Assembly: GCA_964431415.1 (NCBI GenBank)
Contig: CAYSJS010000001.1
Coordinates: 65,740-129,739 of the forward strand
Direction: 5' to 3'
Source: an uncultured Candidatus Saccharibacteria bacterium
Lineage (GTDB): Bacteria; Patescibacteriota; Saccharimonadia; Saccharimonadales; JACDBH01
Length of the DNA stretch: 64,000 nt
Below, piece by piece: positions 1-8,324 of this stretch. Position numbers and translations under genes: made by a program. Under the pieces are notes generated by a model that searched no databases, was not told the origin of the DNA, and saw only the letters and a program-made list of their open reading frames with translations. Numbering within the stretch: the stretch's first letter is position 1; every line of letters begins with the position of its first letter.

Positions 1-330
1 CGTCATCGCGAGGCTTGGGCTCGCAATTTTATACATGCGTATGGCGACTAGCCATACCTCCCTGGTCTTAGCTCCGGCTCTACTGCTTCGTGGGGAGACT
101 CGTCAAAGCAACAACAAAAATCCGGCCGAAAGCTGTCTGAGGCGCGTATAGTCGCCGAGTTCTTTCGGCTTGTTGTTGCTTTTGACGAGAGCCTCCGCCA
201 AGAAGCGGTAGTAGCCGGTCGTTTTTTGTCACTCTTTTTGTCGATACAAAAAGAGTGCGGCCTTGCTTCTTCGGCCGGACGAAGAAGTTGAAAGAACTTG
301 CTTCGTTAGGCAAGATAAAAAACCAATGAT
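1..330 (+). other. Highly structured non-coding region upstream of secE (unidentified RNA or leader)
   Basis: No + strand ORF of 60 aa or more. Consecutive stems: gcgag/ctcgc 8-24; gtatggc/gccatac 39-57; long imperfect hairpin ~91-200 with 19-bp core 99-117 / 170-189; perfect 12-bp stem 230-241 / 246-257; cttcttcg/cgaagaag 266-287. No tRNA, tmRNA, RNase P or SRP signature recognised. Confidence 0.3.
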
Positions 331-437
331 GCGTTCGTAGATTTCTCTCTTGTCAGATTTAAAAAGTTAGCGTACTATTGACTCATAGCACTACAAATTA
401 TTGTAGGCTTTTTTATTTTTAGAGGGGTACGAAAGAC

Positions 438-839
438 ATGGCAGAAAAGAAGCCGCGTGTTCGCAAAGTAGAAACGCTGCGCGAACGGAATGAAAAAGTT
501 GCGTTAAAAGCGCAGGCAAAGGCCGGAAAAACAAAAAAGCGTTTGCTTCGTAAGGCTGCAGCAACAGCGGTAAAGCCACTTAAGGCTCCGGCAAAGCTGA
601 TTGCGAAACCTTTCAAGCTTCGACCGGTACGTTTTGTTTTTCGCTGGTTGGGTAGAATTTTGTGGCCGCGCTACTTCCGAAACTCCTTCAAGGAGCTACG
701 CCAAGTAACCTGGCCAAGTCGCCGCGAGACCTGGAAACTAACTTTTGCGGTACTCACGTTTGCTGTTGTTTTTGGGTTTTTAGTCACCTTAACTGACTAC
801 GGATTAGATAAAGTAATTAGAAGGATTGTTCTACGATGA
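438..839 (+). CDS. secE: Preprotein translocase subunit SecE with Lys-rich N-terminal extension
   Basis: C-terminal single-TM core FKELRQVTWPSRRETWKLTFAVLTFAVVFGFLV. Sits directly upstream of nusG with a 4-nt overlap, the conserved secE-nusG synteny. Confidence 0.85.
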   Translation: MAEKKPRVRKVETLRERNEKVALKAQAKAGKTKKRLLRKAAATAVKPLKAPAKLIAKPFKLRPVRFVFRWLGRILWPRYFRNSFKELRQVTWPSRRETWKLTFAVLTFAVVFGFLVTLTDYGLDKVIRRIVLR

Positions 840-1375
840 AGCGTTACGACACAACAAAGCAATGGTATGCCATTCATACCTATAGCGGCTATGAAGAAAA
901 GGTAGCGGAGAGCATACGTCAGCGTGCAGAAAGCTTAGACATGAAGGACAAGATCTACCAAGTTCTTGTACCTAAAGAAAAGATGATCGAGATCAAAAAC
1001 GGCAAGCGCAAAGTAGTAGAGAAGCGCATCTTCCAAGGATATGTCATGGTGGAAATGAAGCTCACCGAAGACGCTTGGTACATTGTACGCAACACCCCAA
1101 GTGTCACCGGTTTTGTCGGTACCGGCACCGAACCAACACCGGTAGAGCCCGAAGAGATTGAGAAAATCATGAAACGCATGGGCCGTGACGAGCCGAAGCA
1201 CAAGATGGACTACAAGCTTGGTGACGTCGTAAGCATTATCGACGGGCCGTTTAAGGGCTTTGATGGCGCCATTAATGAGATCGACCAGACCAAGGGCAAG
1301 CTTAAAGTGCTCGTCAATATGTTTGGCCGCGAGACTCCTGTAGAACTCGACGGCTTGCAGGTTAAAAAGGCTTAG
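836..1375 (+). CDS. nusG: Transcription termination/antitermination factor NusG
   Basis: WYAIHTYSGYEEKV NGN start and C-terminal KOW (GDVVSIIDGPFKGFDGAINEID). Synteny with secE and rplK. Confidence 0.95.
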   Translation: MKRYDTTKQWYAIHTYSGYEEKVAESIRQRAESLDMKDKIYQVLVPKEKMIEIKNGKRKVVEKRIFQGYVMVEMKLTEDAWYIVRNTPSVTGFVGTGTEPTPVEPEEIEKIMKRMGRDEPKHKMDYKLGDVVSIIDGPFKGFDGAINEIDQTKGKLKVLVNMFGRETPVELDGLQVKKA

Positions 1376-1381
1376 GAAGGA

Positions 1382-1603
1382 ATGGCTACAGTGCCCGAAA
1401 TGAAAGATTTTAAAGCACCACCTTCGCAGGATTACGACGTGTACGAGGCCATGACTACAAGAGCTTTTGAACAAGCGGCGATGGCAATTCAGACTTTAGA
1501 CCGCTTGACAGCGTATACGGATACGTCTGAACAGCTACGTAGACTTCGTGCTATGACAGATTCGGTACAGATAAACCCCATAAATGATGAGGAGCAAAAA
1601 TGA
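1382..1603 (+). CDS. Hypothetical small protein (orphan, between nusG and rplK)
   Basis: 73-aa ORF starting 6 nt after the nusG stop, with GGAAGG RBS. ATGA overlap with the next ORF. No recognisable domain. Confidence 0.45.
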   Translation: MATVPEMKDFKAPPSQDYDVYEAMTTRAFEQAAMAIQTLDRLTAYTDTSEQLRRLRAMTDSVQINPINDEEQK

Positions 1604-1851
1604 GTAGCGAGTGTGATATTTTTAAAGACCAAAGACACCGACAAATAGACCGCCTATGTCAGGGAATCGGCACATTAGCGAGCATGACACGCGGCGCGGA
1701 GCCTGGAGTTATAGCGGAAGAAATAGTGCAACTTCGTGCAGCTTTAGATTCCGTAGCGCTTCAAGCAGACCAGGCCGCACAAACCCGCGCAGAGATAACC
1801 GATGCATCTTTCGTGCCTTGGGGCATTATCGAAACCCCAAAAACCATCTAG
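1600..1851 (+). CDS. Hypothetical small protein (orphan)
   Basis: 83-aa ORF translationally coupled (ATGA) to the preceding ORF. No recognisable domain. Confidence 0.45.
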   Translation: MSSECDIFKDQRHRQIDRLCQGIGTLASMTRGAEPGVIAEEIVQLRAALDSVALQADQAAQTRAEITDASFVPWGIIETPKTI

Positions 1852-1884
1852 TCCTAGAGTCCGTTTCTGTTTTATACTGCAAGC

Positions 1885-2079
1885 ATGAGTGACTTTGAAG
1901 GAATGGATTTGGCCGAAAGGTTAGCGGACGAAGAAAGCGAGCTCACAAACTTGGCGGTCAGACGCTTACTTGCGCTCGGAAGATATTTCCCGACAATGCA
2001 AGAAATAATAGCCGCAGAAGAAGAAAAGCAAAGCGCTACCAAGTCAATCGAGCCTCTAGACAACAGAGGTAATGCGTAG
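1885..2079 (+). CDS. Hypothetical small acidic protein (orphan)
   Basis: 64-aa ORF, same strand as the operon. No recognisable domain. Confidence 0.35.
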   Translation: MSDFEGMDLAERLADEESELTNLAVRRLLALGRYFPTMQEIIAAEEEKQSATKSIEPLDNRGNA

Positions 2080-2104
2080 TATAATGTTCCTGTTACGCAC
2101 ATTA

Positions 2105-2253
2105 GTGATTGCGTGCTTCAATTAGCAATCACATTTAGAATGTTGAGCAGTTATTTTGAGCCAAGGGTAATTTTCGCCAAGGCGAGGCTTCCATTTCGGC
2201 GTCGTATTTAACATACTACAGAGAAATGTCCTCGATTTGGCAAAAATTACCAC
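2105..2253 (+). promoter_or_regulatory. Structured leader upstream of rplK (possible L1/L11-operon autoregulatory leader)
   Basis: Perfect 8-bp hairpin gtgattgc/gcaatcac (2105-2112 / 2125-2132). Long-range stem gggtaattttcgccaa (2165-2180) pairs with ttggcaaaaattacc (2237-2251) and encloses ~55 nt. Ends ~35 nt before the rplK ATG. Confidence 0.35.
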
Positions 2254-2287
2254 TCTCTAAAATAGCTGCGCGCATCAAGGAGATTTT

Positions 2288-2722
2288 ATGGCAGAAGGCA
2301 AAAAAGTTAAAGCAAACCTAAAAATGAAGATCAAAGGCGGCCAGGCATCGGCAGCGCCACCAGTCGGTAGTACCCTCGGTCAGTACGGCGTTAATATGAT
2401 GGACTTTATCCAGCCGTTTAACGACGCCACCAAGGACAAAATGGGTCAAACCGTTACCGTGCACATCACCATTTTTGACGACCGTACCATGACCTGGCGC
2501 GTTGTGGGCACCCCAACAGACGACCTTATTCGCGCAGCGCTCAAGATCGAAAAGGGTTCCGGCGTTCCTAACAAAGAAAAAGTAAGCAAAAAGCTTACCC
2601 AGACACAGCTTACCGAAATCGCCGAAGCAAAGATGGTCGACATGAACGCCGATGACGTCGAAGCTGTTAAGAAAATGGTTGCCGGCACCGCTCGTTCTAT
2701 GGGCGTAGAAGTCGAAGCCTAA
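2288..2722 (+). CDS. rplK: 50S ribosomal protein L11
   Basis: KIKGGQASAAPPVGSTLGQYGVNMMDFIQPFND motif. RBS AAGGAG upstream. 144 aa. Confidence 0.95.
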   Translation: MAEGKKVKANLKMKIKGGQASAAPPVGSTLGQYGVNMMDFIQPFNDATKDKMGQTVTVHITIFDDRTMTWRVVGTPTDDLIRAALKIEKGSGVPNKEKVSKKLTQTQLTEIAEAKMVDMNADDVEAVKKMVAGTARSMGVEVEA

Positions 2723-2771
2723 AAATTAGTCTTAACGTTCTAACATTTAACTACGTTACAGGAGATATTCT

Positions 2772-2999
2772 ATGACTTTGCCCTACGGCGGTAGTACAAA
2801 AGAAGGACTTGTAGTGGAACCTTTTGGCGGTATTTTCAGCCCCGATGCCTTTCGCTCAGTTCCGTACGAGCTAGCAAACAGCGGTAATGAAACGACAAAT
2901 GTAGGCCCATATGAGCCCCAAACCATAAAGGACCTCGGCGCAACTGCAGCCAGACCAAATATTGACCGCACCGACGGTTCGCTCGATCACACTATGTAA
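2772..2999 (+). CDS. Hypothetical small protein (orphan, between rplK and rplA)
   Basis: 75-aa ORF with AGGAG RBS 7 nt upstream. No recognisable domain. Confidence 0.4.
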   Translation: MTLPYGGSTKEGLVVEPFGGIFSPDAFRSVPYELANSGNETTNVGPYEPQTIKDLGATAARPNIDRTDGSLDHTM

Positions 3000-3084
3000 C
3001 ATAGGCCGTAACCACGGTTGTAATTAAGACATTCGCCTATAGACGCAACGTTTGCTATAGTTTTTTCTAAAAGAGAGGGGCTAT

Positions 3085-3585
3085 ATGACTGAACGCATAC
3101 CAGCATTAGGCAACGCGCATCCACCAATCAGCGCCGTACTTAACTCGTACTTGCTGAGTGGTCTCGGTGAGGAATCCAAATTAGGCCCCGAAGGAGCGCT
3201 TCGTTATGAAGGAGCGCTGGTACGCATGGCCCAAGGGGATAGTACCGAAGAAATACCTGAAATTGCCGAAATAGAGGCGGCAGCGGCTGCGAGCGATCCG
3301 TTTGCAGTGCATCTACTTCATAAGATTGCGCGCATAGAGCAGCTTTCATTCAGCGCCCCAGATGATATGGTCAGGGAGTTCAAGAACGCAACCCGTCCTA
3401 CGTGTGCAACCGAGCTAGAGTACATACCAGGCTCCATATTCTCGGGCTGGCTTGAAGACGAACGGGCAATACGCGCCGAGGGCGAAGTCGCACTACGACG
3501 CATAGCTGAAGAAACATCGGAACTTCAATGTCTTCTAGACATAGTTGCCGGAATGTCAGATAAGCTGTTTCAGGAAGTTATATGA
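3085..3585 (+). CDS. Hypothetical protein (orphan, between rplK and rplA)
   Basis: 166-aa ORF with AGAGAGGGG RBS. No recognisable domain. Confidence 0.5.
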   Translation: MTERIPALGNAHPPISAVLNSYLLSGLGEESKLGPEGALRYEGALVRMAQGDSTEEIPEIAEIEAAAAASDPFAVHLLHKIARIEQLSFSAPDDMVREFKNATRPTCATELEYIPGSIFSGWLEDERAIRAEGEVALRRIAEETSELQCLLDIVAGMSDKLFQEVI

Positions 3586-3604
3586 TAGAAAGAACGACCA
3601 CTTC

Positions 3605-3937
3605 ATGAGTGGCTACGCAGGGCAAGATGAGCCATCGATATTTAGAGCGGAAGAACCCGACCCAGACAGGCGTATAAGTTTTGAAACGTTTACCGCCATG
3701 CGCACCGCAGCATTAGCCGACCCAACCGGAGCGTATGCCGAATTTTTAGCGCGCGCCCCATCAGAAGGTTGGACAATTGACGAGCTGCCAACTAACCCTG
3801 ACGGACTTTTGCCAACCTACGATACCATTGTCGGCACCATGTGGACCGACCGCGATCACCCAGATCCGCTTCGCGCAGCATGTGGCTTGCTGGTTGAGCG
3901 AGCATTACGTTTCGACCACGATGGCGACGGTAAATAA
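3605..3937 (+). CDS. Hypothetical protein (orphan, between rplK and rplA)
   Basis: The ORF track gives 3545..3937. The internal ATG at 3605 avoids a 41-nt overlap with the previous ORF, so the start is uncertain. No recognisable domain. Confidence 0.4.
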   Translation: MSGYAGQDEPSIFRAEEPDPDRRISFETFTAMRTAALADPTGAYAEFLARAPSEGWTIDELPTNPDGLLPTYDTIVGTMWTDRDHPDPLRAACGLLVERALRFDHDGDGK

Positions 3938-3976
3938 ATACTCCCGGCCGCACCTCTGGTCATCTGAGGGTGAATC

Positions 3977-3985
3977 TGGTATAAT
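3977..3985 (+). promoter_or_regulatory. Candidate extended -10 promoter element upstream of rplA
   Basis: tggtataat (TGnTATAAT) at 3977-3985, ~150 nt upstream of the rplA start. No good -35. Confidence 0.3.
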
Positions 3986-4136
3986 CTTACCGAGATATAA
4001 ACGTAATTTGTGGGACCTGTGCCGTCGTACCGATAGCCAGGGTTTGCACCACGACCCCAGCACATTTTCACTAGTATGTGTAATCTGATCGCAGACTACG
4101 TATAATCGGAAAATGTGCGGGGCAGGAAGGAAATGT

Positions 4137-5120
4137 ATGGCTGAAACAAAAGCCGACCTTATTAAACAAGCTAAAGAGCTCGGTATTGAGCATCTTTCCA
4201 GCACAAACACTATGGCAGATCTGCGCGAAGCGATTGCTGCAGCAGCCCCAAAAAAGCACGACAAAGAAGCTTTACCAGCTGAAGAACATGCCGCAAAAGT
4301 AGCTAAGTCAGGCAAGCGAAGTGAAAAAGCACTGAAAGAAGCCGAGGAAAAACTAGCCAAAGAAGAAAGAAAGACGCAAGAAGCGCAGACAGAAGAAAAG
4401 AAGCCAGCCGCTAAGCGAGTCCGCACTAAGCTTGAGCGCGCAGGTAAGAAATTCCGCGATGTTGCTGCCTTGGTAGAAAAAGAAAAGCAGTACAGCGTTA
4501 AAGAAGCTGTCGACCTCGCACTTAAGACAAGCCCCGTTAAGTTCGACGCTACGGTCGAAGTTCATATCAATCTCAATGTTGACCCACGCCAAGCCGATCA
4601 AAACGTTCGCGACAACCTCGTTCTGCCAAGCGGAACCGGAAAAACAATCCGCATTGCCGTTTTGGCCGAAGCCGATGATGCTGCCGCCGCCAAAAAAGCG
4701 GGTGCAGACATTGCCGGCACCGACGAGGTATTAAAAGACATTGAAAAAGGGATCATCAATTTTGACACCCTTATTGCAACACCTGCCTTGATGGCAAAAC
4801 TCGGTAAGTACGCCCGTGTACTTGGACCAAAAGGCCTTATGCCAAACCCAAAGAGCGGCACAGTTACCCCCGATGTCGTTAAAGCCGTCGAACAGGCTAA
4901 AGCAGGCCGCGTAGAATACCGCGTCGACAGCACCGGGATCGTACACCTCGGCGTTGGTAAGGTATCGTTTGGTCCTGAAAAACTGCTTGCCAATATTCAA
5001 GCCGTATTCGCTTCGGTTAAAGGCAACAAGCCAGCTTCGATCAAAGGCAACTACGTAAAAGCTATCGCACTGAGCACCACCATGGGCCCAGGCATCAAAG
5101 TAGCACCTACAGAAATCTAG
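4137..5120 (+). CDS. rplA: 50S ribosomal protein L1 with ~95-aa N-terminal Lys/Glu/Ala-rich extension
   Basis: Canonical L1 begins near KLERAGKKFRDVAALVEKEKQYSVKEAVDL...FDATVEVHINL. Start chosen at ATG 4137 (MAETK) behind a GGAAGG RBS; the ORF track start is 4113. Followed by an intrinsic terminator. Confidence 0.9.
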   Translation: MAETKADLIKQAKELGIEHLSSTNTMADLREAIAAAAPKKHDKEALPAEEHAAKVAKSGKRSEKALKEAEEKLAKEERKTQEAQTEEKKPAAKRVRTKLERAGKKFRDVAALVEKEKQYSVKEAVDLALKTSPVKFDATVEVHINLNVDPRQADQNVRDNLVLPSGTGKTIRIAVLAEADDAAAAKKAGADIAGTDEVLKDIEKGIINFDTLIATPALMAKLGKYARVLGPKGLMPNPKSGTVTPDVVKAVEQAKAGRVEYRVDSTGIVHLGVGKVSFGPEKLLANIQAVFASVKGNKPASIKGNYVKAIALSTTMGPGIKVAPTEI

Positions 5121-5139
5121 ATTCGATACGGCCCACCCA

Positions 5140-5176
5140 AAAAAGCCGCCTCTACTATTTAGGGCGGCTTTTTGAT
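5140..5176 (+). terminator. Rho-independent terminator after rplA
   Basis: aaaaagccgcc / ggcggcttttt stem followed by a T-run, 20 nt after the rplA stop. Confidence 0.8.
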
Positions 5177-5284
5177 TGCCATAAAACAGCGAACAATGCA
5201 GATTAAAAACCACAACATGTATATGCTTGTAACGCAACGGCATGTTCCAGTACACTACAACCAAGATATTGAGGGAGGTGTACC

Positions 5285-5998
5285 GTGGGGGTTTTCAGTA
5301 ATACGCAGATACGTGCCGCACTAAAGAATGGTCATATTGTATGCACCCCTCTGAACCCGAAACATGTTTCGGAAGCAAGTCTTGACGTAACGCTCGGCTA
5401 TTATTACTACCGCGTAGAAAGAGTTAATGAACGGGGAATTTATAACCCGTTTGAACGCGAGGACGTAGAAAGATATTTTGACGGCCCCTATAAAGCGATG
5501 CCCCACAAAGCATGGTGCGACTTAAATGGCGTGAAGCCGTTAAAAAACATTCCCGACGACCATCCGGTTATTGCACTTAAGCCGGGCGAAAGAATCCTTG
5601 CACATACTCACGAATTTTTTGGAATCATACCGCCCGGAGCATGTGAAGTAAAAAGCCGCAGCAGCTGGGGCAGGAACGGTGTTGCCGTATGTTTTGACGC
5701 TGGCTGGGTCGACCCTGGGTACATAAACCGCCTAACTCTAGAGATCTATAACCTAAACCAGCGCGAAACGGTTGTGCTGCCGGTGGGCGAACGTATAGCT
5801 CAGATTATTTTTCACGAAACCGGCGCCGTGGACGGTAACTACGGCGAGGGAAGAGACGGCGGTTTCAGCGGCAAATATCAGTCCGGGACAAACCTGAGCA
5901 CCATCATGAAGACCTGGTCTCCGGCGCAAATGCTGCCAAAAGCGTACAAAGACAAACGTGAAATGCCCGAAAAAATCGAAGGACTCAGTTATGAATAA
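5285..5998 (+). CDS. dcd: dCTP deaminase family protein (dUTPase superfamily)
   Basis: GTG start after GAGGGAGG RBS. N-terminus IRAALKNGHIVCTP...SLDVTLG and core KSRSSWGRNGVAV...DPGYINRLTLEIYN match the Dcd pattern. Confidence 0.75.
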   Translation: MGVFSNTQIRAALKNGHIVCTPLNPKHVSEASLDVTLGYYYYRVERVNERGIYNPFEREDVERYFDGPYKAMPHKAWCDLNGVKPLKNIPDDHPVIALKPGERILAHTHEFFGIIPPGACEVKSRSSWGRNGVAVCFDAGWVDPGYINRLTLEIYNLNQRETVVLPVGERIAQIIFHETGAVDGNYGEGRDGGFSGKYQSGTNLSTIMKTWSPAQMLPKAYKDKREMPEKIEGLSYE

Positions 5999-8321
5999 AG
6001 GACGCTATATCGTTATTGAAGGCCCGGAGGGAGTTGGCAAGACCCTGCAGCTTGATCTGCTTGCTCATCGCCTAGAGGTGGCGGGATACCCGGTACGTCT
6101 TTTCCGCGAGCCAGATAGCCAAAGCGACCTTACCGCTCGCGCTATCCGACTTTTGACACAAGACCCCATGTATCCTATGAACACACGGACAGAAGTCCTT
6201 CTGTATAACGCTGCCCGCAGCCAGTCGCTCGAAGTTATTCGTAAAGCGCGCGACCAAGGGGTTATATGTATTTGTGATCGAAACTACCTGACAACACTGG
6301 CCATTCAGTACTACGGACGCGGCGATGTCCCCGACTACAACACCATTAATGCAATTATTAACTTTGCGGTCGCCGACATGCAGCCGGATACCACCATTGT
6401 GCTTGATGCGCCGGCACAGATACTGCACGAACGTGCCCGCGGCCGTGCAGCAGGCGAACGTTTCGACAACCTTGACATCGCTTTTCTAGAACGGGTCCGC
6501 GCTGGCTACCTGTGGGAGTCAAAACAGCGAAACTATCCCGTCATAAGCGCCGTTGAGTCACCAGAGAAAGTTCATGAGGCAATTTGGCAGCAACTCAATG
6601 GCACTATTGCTTCCGAGGCGCCGCGCACCCACGAGCCACCCATTGTGACGGCCTCGGCGAACACCAGCGCCACATCTATCAAGGAAGTGCTGGAAGAAAA
6701 AGTCATACATTTGCATGACACAAAAGAAACAAATGCCGCCGTCTCTTTGGTGCAAAAAAACGCCGGCGGAACGTACGAAGTCACGCCAGGTGGTAAGAAC
6801 TATTTAAACGAAATAGTCACCACCAGCGACGGTGATGTATATGGCTTTACCGACAAAATACAGCCAGTGACTATAGCGGCGGCAATGGCACGCCTCAGCA
6901 GACGCGGCGATGACATGCGCGTCACTTTATTAGACGAGTTTGCCGGTTCTGCCGGAAAAGATGCCAAGCTGTTACAGCGAGTCATTACCGCGTATGGCGA
7001 CGATTCCGTACAGCAGCTCGTGGGCATACACATGGTGGTAGAAAATGCCAGCAATCTTCTGACGAAAAAATTGGAATGGGGCAGACTTGCCGCATACCTA
7101 GAACAGTCCACTCGCTATATTTACTTTGACCAAAAAGATGCAGCCGGAAAATACCGGTATTACACACCAGGGCATCTTACGGCAGACGTAAAAAGGCGCT
7201 ACGAAGAAACTATGGACAAGATTTTTGATATCTATTCCGAAATGGTACATGCGCTCACAAAATACATTACCGAACATTCTACGGTTCCGCAGAACGAGAG
7301 GGACATAGCATTCAAAGGTGCCGTCAGGGCTCAGGCCTGTGACGCAATCCGTGCCGTGTTGCCAGTCGCGACAAAGTCTACCGTGGGTATCTATGCATCC
7401 GGCCAGGCACTCGAAAGTTTGATTATGCACCTACAGTCAGACCAATTGCCAGAGGCACGCCAAGTAGGTGAAGATTTGCTCCGTGAGGCACGTAAAACCA
7501 TACCGACATTCCTAGAACGCGCAGACAAACCAGACCGCGGCGGGGCGCAGATTGCATACCGCGCCAATACCTTTTCGGCCATGCAGAAAATTGCCGAAAA
7601 ACAGCTCCCTCAAACTTTGGGCAATCTCGACGACGATATACAGCTGGTCGATTTTTGGCCAAGAAACGAACTGGACCTTCTGCCGCACATGCTCTACGAA
7701 CACAGCACCATGAGCCTAAACGACATAAAAAAGAGCCTTGCAAGCTGGACATATGAACAAAAGCTGGAAGCGTTCAGAACCTACATGGGCGAGCGTCTTA
7801 ACCGCCGCCACAAGCCGGGCAGAGCACTCGAAATAGCGCATTATAGCTGGGATCTTATGTGCGATTACGGAATCTTCCGCGACCTGCAGAGACACCGTAT
7901 GGTCGACGCTTTTGACTGGCAGCAGCTCACGCCGCGATACGGCTTTGACATGCCTGAGCTCGTTGAAAAGGCAGGTCTGAGCGAAAAATTCGAAGAATGT
8001 TTTGACTTAAGCGCCGCCCTTTACAGTGCACTGCAAGCTGCTGGCTTTAGCCTTGAAGCACAGTATGCAACCTTACTCGGCCACCGCATGCGCTGGAAGA
8101 TCACCTATAATGCCCGTGAGGCGTTTCATCTTCACGAGTTACGCACCAGCCCTCAAGGGCACCCCGGTTACAGAAAACTCGTACGAGCCATGCACGAGAA
8201 AGTCGCCGAAATTCATCCACTGCTTGCAGAGAGCATGAAATTCGTAAATCAGGGCGAAGACCCCGAGCTAACCCGCCTCGCAGCAGAACGCTACACCCAA
8301 TTCAAGTTGAATAGTATCTGA
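5991..8321 (+). CDS. tmk-thyX: Fusion protein: thymidylate kinase (N-terminal) plus long two-domain FAD-dependent thymidylate synthase ThyX (C-terminal)
   Basis: N-terminus RYIVIEGPEGVGKTLQLDLLAHRL..REPD (Tmk P-loop). C-terminus has the ThyX-like blocks LEQSTRY and FRDLQRHRMVD and ELRTSPQGHPGYRK. Start at ATG 5991 overlaps the dcd stop by 8 nt; the ORF track start is 5958. Confidence 0.8.
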   Translation: MNKGRYIVIEGPEGVGKTLQLDLLAHRLEVAGYPVRLFREPDSQSDLTARAIRLLTQDPMYPMNTRTEVLLYNAARSQSLEVIRKARDQGVICICDRNYLTTLAIQYYGRGDVPDYNTINAIINFAVADMQPDTTIVLDAPAQILHERARGRAAGERFDNLDIAFLERVRAGYLWESKQRNYPVISAVESPEKVHEAIWQQLNGTIASEAPRTHEPPIVTASANTSATSIKEVLEEKVIHLHDTKETNAAVSLVQKNAGGTYEVTPGGKNYLNEIVTTSDGDVYGFTDKIQPVTIAAAMARLSRRGDDMRVTLLDEFAGSAGKDAKLLQRVITAYGDDSVQQLVGIHMVVENASNLLTKKLEWGRLAAYLEQSTRYIYFDQKDAAGKYRYYTPGHLTADVKRRYEETMDKIFDIYSEMVHALTKYITEHSTVPQNERDIAFKGAVRAQACDAIRAVLPVATKSTVGIYASGQALESLIMHLQSDQLPEARQVGEDLLREARKTIPTFLERADKPDRGGAQIAYRANTFSAMQKIAEKQLPQTLGNLDDDIQLVDFWPRNELDLLPHMLYEHSTMSLNDIKKSLASWTYEQKLEAFRTYMGERLNRRHKPGRALEIAHYSWDLMCDYGIFRDLQRHRMVDAFDWQQLTPRYGFDMPELVEKAGLSEKFEECFDLSAALYSALQAAGFSLEAQYATLLGHRMRWKITYNAREAFHLHELRTSPQGHPGYRKLVRAMHEKVAEIHPLLAESMKFVNQGEDPELTRLAAERYTQFKLNSI

Positions 8322-8324
8322 GAC

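Noticed and set aside
295-325. Hairpin cttgc/gcaag read as an intrinsic terminator at the end of the structured region
   Set aside because: The stem is only 5 bp. On the + strand it is followed by an A-run, not a T-run, and on the minus strand the T-tract is weak and no gene feeds into it.
1-330. Identification of the structured region as tmRNA, RNase P RNA, SRP RNA, 6S RNA, tRNA-Trp or an rpmG gene
   Set aside because: I looked on both strands for a GGAAAGUCC-type CR-I box, a tRNA-like end with T-loop and CCA, a tag ORF ending in ..LAA, the SRP GGAA/AGCA apical motif, and an L33 CxxC ORF. None was found, so it stays unidentified.
935-1474. 179-aa minus-strand ORF (and 955..1203) antisense to nusG
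   Set aside because: It overlaps a confidently identified nusG on the opposite strand, has no RBS or domain, and has a composition typical of an antisense read-through.
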